NCBI GenBank assembly: GCA_002269645.1
Contig: NIVC01001706.1
Coordinates: 1-41,240 of the forward strand
Source of the DNA: Macrostomum lignano
Taxonomy: Eukaryota
Direction of reading: 5' to 3'
Length of the DNA stretch: 41,240 nucleotides
The translations under genes and the position numbers were made by a program. The notes under the pieces are model-generated. The model was not told where the DNA came from. It searched no databases and was given only the letters and a program-made list of their open reading frames with translations. Shown piece after piece: positions 17,888 through 29,700 of this stretch (the first letter of the stretch is position 1; each line of letters opens with the position of its first letter).

Positions 17888-19302
17888 TCATTCTGAGTGG
17901 CAGAACAGCCTTGACGCTCCCGCAGCCCAGCCATCAAACTGTGATGGCGTGAGGAAATTCCTCAACTCAGTCCAGCTGGTCTCTGATCCTCTGACTCGCT
18001 TGACCAACTCGTCAGCCATTGTCCTGTGCAATAGCAGGCAGCTTGAAGGCTGCGAATGCGGCTCTTCTGCGAAGTTTGTCCCATTGCTGCTGCTGGTACT
18101 GTTGCCTCTCCGCAAAAGTCTAGCAGTCCCCGGATGTTTTTGCCTTGCAAGACCTGAAATTGTGTTTTATTCATTGTCTTCAAGTTCTTGCAGCTCTTGT
18201 CAAGCCAATGACAAGCTACTGTCTTTGGGACACTGTCTTGGGCATTGCCTTAACAGCACTTTGGGGCACCTGCCTGTCTTAACGACAGGGGCATTGTCTT
18301 TGGGGCACCTATCTTTGAGGCATACTGTCTTTGAGCACTGTCTGGGGTTGAGGCACTGTCCCAGGGACACTGTCTTTGAGCACCTGTCTAAGCGACACTG
18401 TCTTTGAGCACCTGTCTAAGCGACACTGTCTTTGAGCACCTGTCTAAGCGACACTGTCTTTGGGCACCTGTCTTAGGGCACTGTCTTTAGGACACTGTCT
18501 TAGGGGCACTGTCTAAAGGCCTGTCTTAGGGGCACTGTCTTGGGCAGGGGTACTGTCCCAGGGGAACTGTATTTGGTGCTGATTTTGGGGAGGGGCATCG
18601 CATATCTGCATGCGCTGGAATCGCCACTGAAAAACCAGCAATGCGGCTCTGCAACACCCAACAGCTGTGACTGACTGCCAGCTGACCTTGCTGACGGACA
18701 CTGGCAGCAGTGACATTGTGCCTCTCAGCCAGAGCAGCGCCCACACCGCCTCCGGCAGTGTGCAGAGCCACCAGCCGGACATTCAGCGCGGGCCAGTCTC
18801 CCACAAACAGCAGGTAGGGTGTCCTCGGGCAGCGCTCCAGGTACCAGGCGGTGGCCCATCTCAGCATGGCCGCGTCAGTTTGCCACTCCAATGCAGCGTT
18901 GAGCATCAAATCCTGCCGTCTGTGGAACTCCTCAACTACCAGGTCTCTGGGGGCCGAAGCGGCGTAGCGCACGAAGAACACGAGCTGCGCGGCGCCGCTC
19001 TGCAGGCGCCACTTTCTGCGCCACAGACGGCGCAGTTGATCCCGGCCTGCCAGATCCGCCTGCGACGAGGCGACCGCAACCAGCAGGTTCGGGGCGGCTT
19101 GAAAACATTCGCCCCAGGACTCCAGCCGGAGCGACGGGTGCAGCCGCCGCTGGCGCTCCGCCGTCAACTCGTCGACCGACGTGGCGCCCCGACTGTTAGT
19201 GTCGAATAGCAGGAAGTGAAATACCGGATAGCACAGGCCGAGGATGGCCAGAAATGCGATGCAGGATAGCAGGCTCCGGTTTTTGAGTTGCATTTTTTGC
19301 AT
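17888..19302 (-). CDS. GT31 (beta-1,3-galactosyltransferase-like) type II membrane protein; exon 1 ~19302-18550, last exon 18153-17888
   Basis: N-terminal TM; LLVAVASS..GRDQLRRLW, LVFFV, VVEEF..QDL and WATAWYLERCP motifs follow the GT31 pattern; acceptor TTTCAG at 18154. The exon 1 donor and frame are unresolved. Confidence 0.65.
18221..18545 (+). repeat. Intronic degenerate repeat (GGGCACTGTCTT core, with 26-bp exact copies)
   Basis: Visible tandem units between the two GT31 coding segments. Confidence 0.8.
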
Positions 19303-19509
19303 GTGAATTCGTTGGGACGTTCTGCAGTTGATGCTCTCGTTCGACTGACTCGCATCAGGTGCTGTAGAGTGGGGAAAAGCGTATCGATTGGCTTAGTTTG
19401 GCTTAAGTGGCACTTCGACCATAGACTATCATATGGCGTTTGAGAAGTACATGATCGCATGATTGATTTCAAGGATTGATCAGCCTTTGCAAAATCAGGA
19501 ACTCACTCT

Positions 19510-20062
19510 CTAGATACCTTTAGCCCCTGTAGATACCTTTAGCCCCTTTAGATACCTTTAGCCCCTGTAGATACCTTTAGCCCCTGTAGATACCTTTAGC
19601 CCCTGTAGATACCTTTAGCCCCTGTAGATACCTTTAGCCCCTTTAGATACCTTTAGCCCCTGTAGATACCTTTAGCATTTTGTAGATACCTCTAGCACAC
19701 TGTAGATACCTCTAGCACCCTGTAGATATCTCTAGCACCCTGTAGATATCTCTAGCACCCTGTAGATACCTCTAGCACCCTGTAAATACCTCTAGCACCC
19801 TGCAGATACCTCTAGCACCCTGTAAATACCTCTAGCACCCTGTAGATATCTCTAGCACTCTGTAGATATCTCTAGCACTCTGTAGATATCTCTAGCACTC
19901 TGTAGATACCTCTAGCACCCTGTAGATATCTCTAGCACCCTGCAGATACCTCTAGCATCCTGTAGATACCTCTAGCACCCTGTAGATATCTCTAGCACCC
20001 TGTAGACACCTCTAGCACCATGTAGACACCTCTAGCACCCTGCAGATACCTCTTGCACCTCT
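19510..20062 (+). repeat. Minisatellite, 19-20-bp unit TGTAGATACCT(T/C)TAGC(A)CCC
   Basis: Visible tandem units. Confidence 0.9.
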
Positions 20063-20939
20063 TCAGACACCTGCAGCTTTAGGTAAACCTCTTGTATTTC
20101 TGAGCTCAAGCAAAACGCAGTACACCTGAATAACTAACTTTAAAGTTATTCAATTTGAACAAAGTTAAATTCAAAGCTTACCAAACGTCAAGATGCCAAA
20201 AATGGTTTATATAAAACACTATGATCGAATTGCACTTAACATTGCTATAAACTAGCAGGCTGTTTTGCACAGTTAAGTAACAAAATTGACTTAGCCAGCT
20301 CTACAAACGGTAGTGCGGCTGTCGCAATTTCAAGGCCTCTCAGTTCATGCTCATTATTTAACACAGTTGCAGTCAAGCGCTCTCTGTACACACTGAGTTT
20401 CCCAGTGCATTCGTGTGTCTGTGTACATGCTCAGAGTTTCTACATACTGCCTCAGTTGTTTCTCTTACCCTTGCTAACTAAGGTTTCTACAGTTTAGCTA
20501 GGCAATACCTGCATATTCCTGCTTGGAGCTCTGTCTCATCTCTCTCCCAGGCCCTACCTAGAGTTAGTTGATTGTACATTTTGTCAGCATGTTTTGCTAC
20601 AGACAGGCTGCCTCTCCAACTCTGCTCTGTCTGTACTGTACTGTCTTCTGAATCCACTGTAATGGCACTCACGCTATATGATGAGGTTCTCATACTCATA
20701 AATATGGCTATGGCAGACTGTTGAGACCTATTTTAGTAGGAAATTTCATTAGGAATAGCCATGCAGCCAGACGGAGCTTCTGGGCCTTCGACAGGTGGCA
20801 CCTGGTTACACCCTATGGACACCCTATTGCTAATCTCTCTGATGTCTCTGAGCAAGCCTCGACAGTGGGCAAGCCTCAACTGCTAGACATCCTCAGCTCA
20901 GGCATTCAGTCATCACCCCGACACGGTCGGCACCTCTAA

Positions 20940-21612
20940 CAGATGTAGCTGGCGCACACTCTGTAGCTGGCGCCCCCTCTGTTGCTGACACCCCCTCTGT
21001 AGCTGGCGCACACTCTGTAGCTGGCGCCCCCTCGTAGCTGACACCCTCTCTGTAGCTGGCGCACACTCTGTAGCTGGCGCCCCCTCTGTAGCTGACACCC
21101 CCTCTGTAGCTGACACCCCCTCTGTAGCTGGCGCCCCTCTGTAGCTGACACCCCCTCTGTAGCTGGCGCCCCTCTGTAGCTGGCGCCCCCTCTGTAGCTG
21201 ACACCCCCTCTGTAGCTGGCGCACACTCTGTAGCTGGCGCCCCCTCTGTAGCTGACACCCCCTCTGTAGCTGGCACCCCCTCTGTAGCTGGCGCCCCTCT
21301 GTAGCTGGCGCCCCTCTGTAGCTGGCGCCCCTCTGTAGCTGGCGCCCCTCTGTAGCTGACACCCCCTCTGTAGCTGACACCCCCTCTGTAGCTGGCGCAC
21401 ACTCTGTAGCTGGCGCCCCCTCTGTAGCTGACACCCCCTCTGTAGCTGGCACCCCCTCTGTAGCTGACACCCTCTCTGTAGCTGGCGCCCCTCTGTAGCT
21501 GGCGCCCCTCTGTAGCTGGCGCCCCTCTGTAGCTGGCGCCCCCTCTGTAGCTGGCGCCCCTCTGTAGCTGGCGCCCCTCTGTAGCTGGCGCCCCTCTGTA
21601 GCTGGCGCCCCC
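20940..21612 (+). repeat. Minisatellite, 18-20-bp unit CTCTGTAGCTGGCGCCCC / CTCTGTAGCTGACACCCC
   Basis: Visible tandem units; source of the GAPATE ORFs. Confidence 0.9.
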
Positions 21613-22197
21613 ACAGAATCAAGTGTCAATCAGTGAGTACTTAAGTAGATGAATTATCTGTAAGTGAAGAGGATAACCAAATTTTAAAAAATCAACTATT
21701 ATATTAATATTTACATTTTTCAGACCGAGCAAACAGTTATTCGACAATTTTATTTAAGATTTTTACCATTGCGCTATTTAAATCAGTCAAGATATGCAAA
21801 AACAAAATTTGTTTATTATTTTTTGAAAGAAAATTTCACTACTGTGATGAAGTAACTAAAAATCTTTCTCAGCCACATTATCGCAGTCAAGTGGAGCAAC
21901 AATGCGTTTTGTAACAAAACTTTTTTGAAAGATGATTGGTCAAATTAAACCAATTAAACACTGAAAATCGAAAACAACAAAAAAATACATGTACGAGCTA
22001 GATACATGAAAGCAATTAAATGTAAATTTTCATGATAAAAAGTGGCAGAACATATAGTGAATGTTCTTTATAAACTGGGGTCCTTAGTCAATTAGAAATT
22101 AACTTCTCAATAACGACATTGGAAAATACATATATATACTCTAAAAGTCACGTGATCCATTAGAGCTTTACAACTACATCAAATACTTCTGATTCTG

Positions 22198-22515
22198 GAG
22201 CAATAAAACCGAGCGCTCAGCCAATCAGAGACAAGAAGATATTGTCAGGGAGTGAGGTAGGTGAAGCGATAAAACCGAGCGCTCAGCCAATCAGAGACAA
22301 GAAGATATTGTCAGGGAGCGAGGTGGGTGGAGCGATAAAATCGAGCGCTCAGCTAGAGACAAGAAGATATTGTCAGAGAGCGAGGTGGGTGGAGCAATAA
22401 AGCCGAGCGCTCAGCCAATCAGAGATAGGAAGATATTGTCGGGGAGTGAGGTTGCTGGAGCGATAAAGCCGAGCGCTCAGCCAATCAGAGATCAGACATT
22501 GTCAGGGAGTGAGGT
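22198..22515 (+). repeat. Five ~66-bp tandem units containing AGCCAATCAG
   Basis: Units start near 22199, 22265, 22331, 22393 and 22459; the third lacks the CCAAT core. Confidence 0.85.
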
Positions 22516-22551
22516 TCGACCTAGAGTGCGGGTTAAAGTGAGCCATTCGCC

Positions 22552-25500
22552 TCAGCCCGTGGCAACGTGTCCAACAACCTCACTCTGAACGAAGCCACCC
22601 TGAATGTCGGATGCCGGATTGGCCAGCGAATCAGTGTCGTCTCCACCTTCAAAAGTTCGACTTCGATTAGTGACGCCCCTCTGGACGGCGCCAGGGCTTT
22701 CGTCGCTGCTAATCAAATTTCTGGTGTCCTCCGATGCCCTCCGATCAGCGTAGGGTGCATTGACGTACCCAGCCAGGGCTCCGGCGCTCAGGGCGCTGGC
22801 CATCTGTCTGACCAGAGCGCCCGCGCTGCCCACAGCTGCTGCAGACATCTGACGCGTGAACACTCCGGTTCGGGTGCCGGCTCGAGCTCGAAGGTTCCTG
22901 CCGATCTCTTCTCTGATTTCGTCTGCTTCGTCGCGAATCGGTTCCATTAGCAGGCGTTCGAGCACGTTCTCCAGGGTGATGATGCCGCGAACTTGCCCGG
23001 TTTCTGTGCTGAACACCACCGCCATGTGGCCTGCGGGTGTTCGCAGCTCATTGTGTGGTACTGCCTGTGCCAGCACTGTCACCCCACTGTCTCCCCTGTC
23101 ACTCCACTGTCACCCCACTGTCTCTCATGTCACTCCACTGTCACTCCACTGTCTCCCCACTGTCTCTCATGTCACTCCACTGTCTCCCCACTGTCTCCCC
23201 ACTGTCTCTCATGTCACTCCACTGTCACCCCACTGTCTCCCCTGTCACTCCACTGTCTCTCCTGTCACCCCACTGTCTCTCCTGTCACTCCACTAGCTGT
23301 CTCCCCTGTCACTCCACTGTCTCCCCAGTCACCCCACTGTCTCTCCACTGTCTCTCCACTGTCTCTCCTGTCACTCCACTGTCACCCCACTGTCTCCTGT
23401 CACTCCACTGTCACCCCACTGTCTCTCCTGTCACTCCACTGTCACCCCACTGTCTCCCCTGTCACTCCACTGTCACCTCACTGTCTCTCCTGTCACTCCA
23501 CTGTCACCCCACTGTCTCCCCTGTCACTCCACTGTCACCTCACTGTCTCTCCTGTCACTCCACTAGCTGTCTCTCCTGTCTCTCCTGTCACTCCATTGTC
23601 TCTCCTGTCACTCCACTAGCTGTCTCTCCTGTCTCCCCTGTCACTCCACTGTCTCCCCAGTCACCCCACTGTCTCTCCACTGTCTCTCCACTGTCTTCCC
23701 AGTCACTCCACTGTCACCCCACTGTCTCCTGTCACTCCACTGTCACCCCACTGTCTCTCCTGTCACTCCACTGTCACCCCACTGTCTCCCCTGTCACTCC
23801 ACTGTCACCTCACTGTCTCTCCTGTCACTCCACTGTCACCCCACTGTCTCCCCTGTCACTCCACTGTCACCTCACTGTCTCTCCTGTCACTCCACTAGCT
23901 GTCTCTCCTGTCTCCCCAGTCACCCCACTGTCTCCCCAGTCACCCCCACTGTCTCCCCAGTCACCCCCACTGTCTCCCCAGTCACCCCACTGTCTCCCGT
24001 CACCCCACTGTCTCCCCAGTCACCCCACTTCCCCTGCCAAGGCAAGTAAGAAGTCTCACTCTTTCCCTGTTGAAACACATTCAGCAGGTCGTACAGAGGA
24101 GTCTGGCAGGGTACATACGGCATCTCACGGAAGCACTTCTTGTCGGCAATGATTCTAGCAAAAGACACTTCAGCCTTGTTGGCGTAGATCAGCAGCATCT
24201 TAGTCAGCAGGTGGCCTCTGATATCGTTGCGATTGTCGCCGTGAAAAATCGGCACCCTGGAGTGCGCATTGGCGATGATTTTCAATCGCACAGAGTCGGT
24301 TAGGGCACTCGAATCCGACAGCATGAACACCTCATCTATCGGGTACAGGCGTCTTCGGCTGGTACGCTGGACAGCTCCAGGGCGCCTTTGATGATCGCCA
24401 CTTCGTCGAAGGTCAGGACGCTGCGCTGTGCGGCTGCAACGCCGTCCTCGATGATGTTTCTCGACGAGGCGGTGACGGCCGCCTGCGACGCCACCGCCTG
24501 CTGCGGGTCCTGGCCACTCTCGACTAGATAGTCGCCTTCTCGACGAACTCTGGGACCGTGGAATCCGACTAGAGCTTTTAGCTCTTCTTTTTTGAATACG
24601 GTCTCGTGATTGGCGCCCAGTAGCAGGTCCAGCAGCTTTGACAAAGGAAATGCGATGGGACAAAGCAGCGCCATAAAGAGGTAGACCAGGCTGCAAGGTG
24701 TGTTGTAGTGTGGAGAGCTTCAATATTGTACTGCTCAAGCCTCTAAATCAAGCCTCGAGTCTTAAAAAGTGAAATTATGAAGAGAAAATGACTTACGGCA
24801 GACAGTAGTACCCGATAGCGAGACCGAACTTGGTGCACAGCGCCTGTGGAATCACTCTGAAATATTTTTGACTACTTATTTAAGTACTCGTACCTGGAAA
24901 AAGTAACATTAAGTTTCAAGTTTTTCGAGATATAATTTATTTTATTAAAGTCCAAACTCCATCAAATTCAGCTGTTTTATTAGCGTAACGCCCCCACCCC
25001 AACTCAGCTGTTTTATTAGCGTCAACACCCCCATCCCAATTTAGTAGTTTTATTAGCGTCAACCCCACCTCTACCCAATTCAGCTGTTTTATTTGCGTCA
25101 ATACCCCACCCCAATTCAGCTGTTTTATTAGCGTCGATGCCCCCATCCCAATTTAGTTGTTTTATTAGCGTCAATACCCCACCACAACTCAGCTGTTTTA
25201 TTAGCGTCAATACCCCACCCCAACTCAGCTGTTTTATTAGCGTCAATACCCCACCCCAACTCAGCTGTTTTATTAGCGTCAATACCCCACCCCAACTCAG
25301 CTGTTTTATTAGCATCAACACCCCACCCCAATTCAGTTGTTTTATTAGCATCAACACCCTCACCCCAATTCAGTTATTTTATTAGCATCAACACCCCCAC
25401 CCCAATTCAGCAGTTTTATTAGCATCAACACCCCCACCCCAATTCAGCTGTTTTATTAGCGTCAACATCCCCATCCCAATTCAGTTGTTTTATTAGCGTC

Positions 25501-26525
25501 AAACCCACCTCCACCAAATTCAGCTGTTTTATTAGCGTCAATACCCCCCCCCCAACTCAGCTGTTTTATTAGCATCAACACCCCCACCCAAATTCAATTG
25601 TTTTATAAGCGTCAACACCTTATCTTTTACATTAGTCTATTATTGAACGAACAGCAGCAGTTCACGATGTACTTGCACTTACTCGCCAAAGAACAGCACA
25701 GCAGTGACTGACACCACAATAGCAATAATCGGATCGGATACCCGATCTAGAAATATTGGCATCGCTTCAACACAGGCCGCATTGCCAAGAAGTAGAGTCA
25801 CTAACAGCCAATGGTGTCGTTTTATTATCGGCAACAAGCGTTTCGCGTATTTTTTTACGCTTCCATTGCCCGAATCGGCGAGTACTTTTAGGCTGAGAGG
25901 GTCCAAGCTCAATAAGCCTATAGTGAGACCGCTCATTAGACCTGTGGAAATCGAAGAATCCATAGCGTAAAAATGGACACAATATCGTACTTTAGTTAGG
26001 TAAATTTTTAGTTAAAATTTTTTTTCAAAAACCAGAAAGCGACAGAACTGGATATTTTCAAGATAACACATACAGTTATTAAATCTGCAGGTCTAGCTGA
26101 CACCAACAGATATCACCTGTCTAGGTCAAGGTGCACCTTTATAAAGCTGTCAACCTGTTAGTCGAATGTGAACTATGTCTATAAAGCTCATTGATTAGAA
26201 TCTGGTTTAATTAAACCGAACCACTGAATGAAGGATCGTTCATAATGCTCGGGGAAGTTAAAACTTTGTACTTATCTTTATGACTTCATACCATCTTCCC
26301 TATCATCATAGTGTCTCCCATATCGCTGCACTGTCCAAGTTGAAAATTTATTCATCAGACAGCAGCCAGCTTACCCGCTCCAATCACTAAGCCGGTGTAA
26401 ATTCCTAAATAGATCCAGAACCAGGTGTCTTCAGGCGTCAAAATGTGATTAGCTTCGTGATACTCCGTGCCATTACACCACAGCTCGTTTGGCGCTGTCA
26501 GAGTACAATTCAACGGAATGCCCAT
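22552..26525 (-). CDS. CNNM: CNNM/DUF21-CBS metal (Mg2+) transporter family protein; exons 26525-26375, 25941-25683, 24856-24797, 24690-24060, 23030-22552; 1-bp deletion at ~24342
   Basis: Spliced reading gives AG|LMSGLTIGLLSLD..HWLLVTLLLGNAAC.EAMPIFLD..LFFGE|VIPQALC, LTFDEVAIIKGALEL..TPIDEVFML, HSRVPIF and QGKS|HMAVV..GIITLENVLE; all junctions are GT-AG with matching phases. Confidence 0.92.
23073..24030 (+). repeat. Intronic minisatellite, ~10-11-bp units CTGTCACTCCA / CTGTCACCCCA / CTGTCTCCC
   Basis: Visible tandem units filling CNNM intron 4. Confidence 0.9.
24962..25618 (+). repeat. Intronic minisatellite, ~35-bp unit AATTCAGCTGTTTTATTAGCGTCAACACCCCACCC
   Basis: Visible tandem units in CNNM intron 2. 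Confidence 0.9.
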
Positions 26526-28359
26526 CCAGAGTAAGATAGATTGGAACTGTATCAGAACGAGCGCTTTTTGCTGTTAACAGCTGATTTGTTTCTCCAGAGT
26601 TTCGCTGAATAACTTTCTGAATATATATGAGAGCTTGCAACTCGCCTTCGAGCCCAATTTGGCTTTTGGGGAAGGGAAGGGGGGTTCAGTTTGAAACTGA
26701 ATGTACATTCACTCCCTCTCGGCCTGGGGGGGTCTCGCCCACCACCCCTTATCGCCGCAAGCCCAATCAATGTACACAAAGAGAAAACTACACGGGTCGC
26801 CCCCGCCAAAACTGCGTCTCTCGATGTACATACGAACTACGACCAGGCCACAATGTACATTCGGGTGCGTCTACGTCTGAAAAGCGTCACCACATTCAAC
26901 TCCGGCTCGCGGGAGAAGCTGGCCTGTAAAACTAAACAAAAGGCCACTCACTGACTCAAGCCAACACCACAGACACAGAAGAATCAAGTCAGACTCATCT
27001 AAATATACTAAATCTCTAATATTTGTTTGTATGCTTGAGTGTCCATAACGCTCTAGAGCGAGCAATTCTTCACCGATTTTGATCGCGTTTTCGCCAAAAG
27101 ATTCAAAATTGTCTGGAAAGAAGACAGTTAAAATTTCTTGTATCTGATTCAATGCTAAAGGGATTAAATATTCGAAAAACTGTTTTAAATGGCCTTTTTC
27201 AATGCAAATTTTATCAGCGAGAAACTTCACAGTCAATTTTAATTGATTGCGCCAGAGCCAACTGATAAGAAAACTCACTGGACCCCACTTAAAGGGGGGC
27301 AATAAAAATTATTCTGGATGCTGGCAGCCAGCTCTAATTAGCTAGTCTAAATATACTAAATCTCTAAGGTTTGTATGTTTGAATGCTTGCTTGTCCATAA
27401 CGCTCTAGAGATTGCAATTCTTCACCGATTTTGATCGCGTTTTCGCCAAAACATTCAAAATTGTCTGGAAAGAAGACAGTTAAAATTTCTTGTATCTGCT
27501 TCAATGCTAAAGGGATTAAATATTCGAAAAACTGTTTTAAATGGCCTTTTTCAATGCAAATTTTATCAGCGAGAAACTTCACAGTCAATTTTAATTGATT
27601 GCGCCAGAGCCAACTGATAAGAAAACTCACTGGACCCACTTAAAGGGTGGGGGCAATAAAAATTATTCTGGATGCTGGCAGCCAGCTCTAATTAGCTAGT
27701 CCATATACTAAAAATGGTCTGTCGGTATGTGTGTGTGTGTGTGTGTGTGTGATCGATTTTAGCAAATCCTATATACTAAAAATGAGTTGTCTGTATGTGG
27801 GTAGGTATGCGATAGATTTCAGAAAAATTGGCTCAACCGATTTTCTTCAAACTTGCACCATTCGATCAGAAATTTTCCTGGGACGGTACATGCATCTTGG
27901 CTAAGAAATTGCTCAATGTTAAAGGGATTAAATATTCGAAAAACATGCTTTTTTGCAAAGGTCAAGCAGCTCTTTCGACCTGAAATGCATTGTAAGAATG
28001 CTAGAGAAAAAACTGACTGACTGAATTTCAATTCTGATAAAGATTGCATCACAACAAGTTGAAAACAGTGCCGAAGAAATGCACACACGACTTGATTTAA
28101 ATTGCGTAACCAATATTGCTAACTTGAACTGAGACTGATACTGGCTGACTGAGAAATTGATTATGTCATAACTTTTTACTTCAATTGACTTGCTGTAAGA
28201 ATTGAATTATAAGGGCCACAATTCATGTACTCCAATTGAAAAGAGATAGCCTAGATACGAACAGACTGGACTGCCAACGTAGCGACCTGGGTTCGAATCT
28301 TAGTAGTGCAAAATAATTTTTTTATAAAACACCTTGAAAACACGAAACTGCTAAACATA

Positions 28360-29700
28360 AAAAAGCACAATGTCAAACATAAAAGAGGCACCATGTCAAA
28401 CATTACATGGGCACCATGTAAAACATATACGTGACTCTATGTCAAACATTAAAGAGCCACCATGTGAAACATAAAAGAGTCACCATTTCGAACATTAAAG
28501 AGCCACCACGTCGAACATTAAAGTGCCACCATGTCAAACGTAAAAGAGCCACCATGAAGAACATTAAAGAGCCACCATGCCAAACATAAAAGAGCCACCA
28601 TGTCGAACATTAAAGAGCTAGCATGTCAAACATTAAAGAGCCACCATGTCGAACATTAAAGAGCCACCATTTCGAACATTAAAGAGCCGCCATGTCCAAC
28701 ATATAAGTGACTTCATGTCAAACATTAAAGAGCCACCATGTCTAACATTAAAGAGCCACCATGTCTAACATTAAAGAGCCACCATGTCGAACATTAAAGA
28801 GCCACCATGTCGAACATTAAAGAGCCACCATGTCTAACATTAAAGAGCCACCATTTCAAACATTAAAAAGCCACCATGTCAAACAATAAAGAGCCACCAT
28901 GTTGAACATTAAAGAGCCACCATGTTGAACATTAAAGAGCCGCCATGTCAAACATTAAAGAGCCAGCATGTCGAACATTAAAGAGCCACCAAGTCAAACA
29001 TTAAAGAGCCAGCATGTCGAACATTAAAGAGCCACCATGTCGAACGTTAAAGAGCCACCATGTCGAACATTAACGAGCCACGATGTCAAACATAAAGAGC
29101 TACCAAGTTAGACATAGAAGAGCCACCATGTGAAACATTAAAGAGCCACCATGTCTAACATTAAAGAGCCACCATGTCTAACATTAAAGAGCCACCATGT
29201 CGAACATTAAAGAGCCACCATGTCGAACATTAAAGAGCCACCATGTCTAACATTAAAGAGCCACCATTTCAAACATAAAAAAGCCACCATGTCAAACAAT
29301 AAAGAGCCACCATGTTGAACATTAAAGAGCCACCATGTTGAACATTAAAGAGCCGCCATGTCAAACATTAAAGAGCCAGCATGTCGAACATTAAAGAGCC
29401 ACCATGTCGAACGTTAAAGAGCCACCATGTCGAACATTAACGAGCCACGATGTCAAACATAAAGAGCTACCAAGTTAGACATAGAAGAGCCACCATGTGA
29501 AACATATATGTGACTCCATGTCAAACATTAAAGAGCCACCGTTTCTAACATTAAGGAGCCACCATGACAAACATAAAACTGGCACGATGTCAAACATTAA
29601 AGAGCCACCATGTAGAACATTAAAGAGTCACCATGCCAAACATTTAAAAGCCACCAATTCAAACATAAAATAGTCACCATTTCAAACACAGGAGAGACAT
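28360..29700 (+). repeat. 22-bp satellite AACATTAAAGAGCCACCATGTC inside Helitron-like unit 4 (expanded copy at ~30780-32495 in unit 5)
   Basis: Visible tandem units. Confidence 0.9.

Noticed and set aside
13398-17937. Long low-complexity ORFs (TQTPY, QTDR, SVCL, CGILLS, YPLPIS)
   Set aside because: Open in several frames on both strands because the repeat units lack stop codons; they lie in introns or intergenic DNA.
20893-25385. GAPATE-, VTPLS/LHC- and LIKQL-repeat ORFs
   Set aside because: Translations of minisatellites.
26552-26954. ORFs upstream of CNNM as extra coding exons
   Set aside because: No recognisable motifs; CNNM has a good ATG-initiated first exon at 26525-26375.
28245-28310. 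Functional tRNA gene
   Set aside because: Acceptor and anticodon stems do not pair properly; treated as a degenerate tRNA-derived segment.
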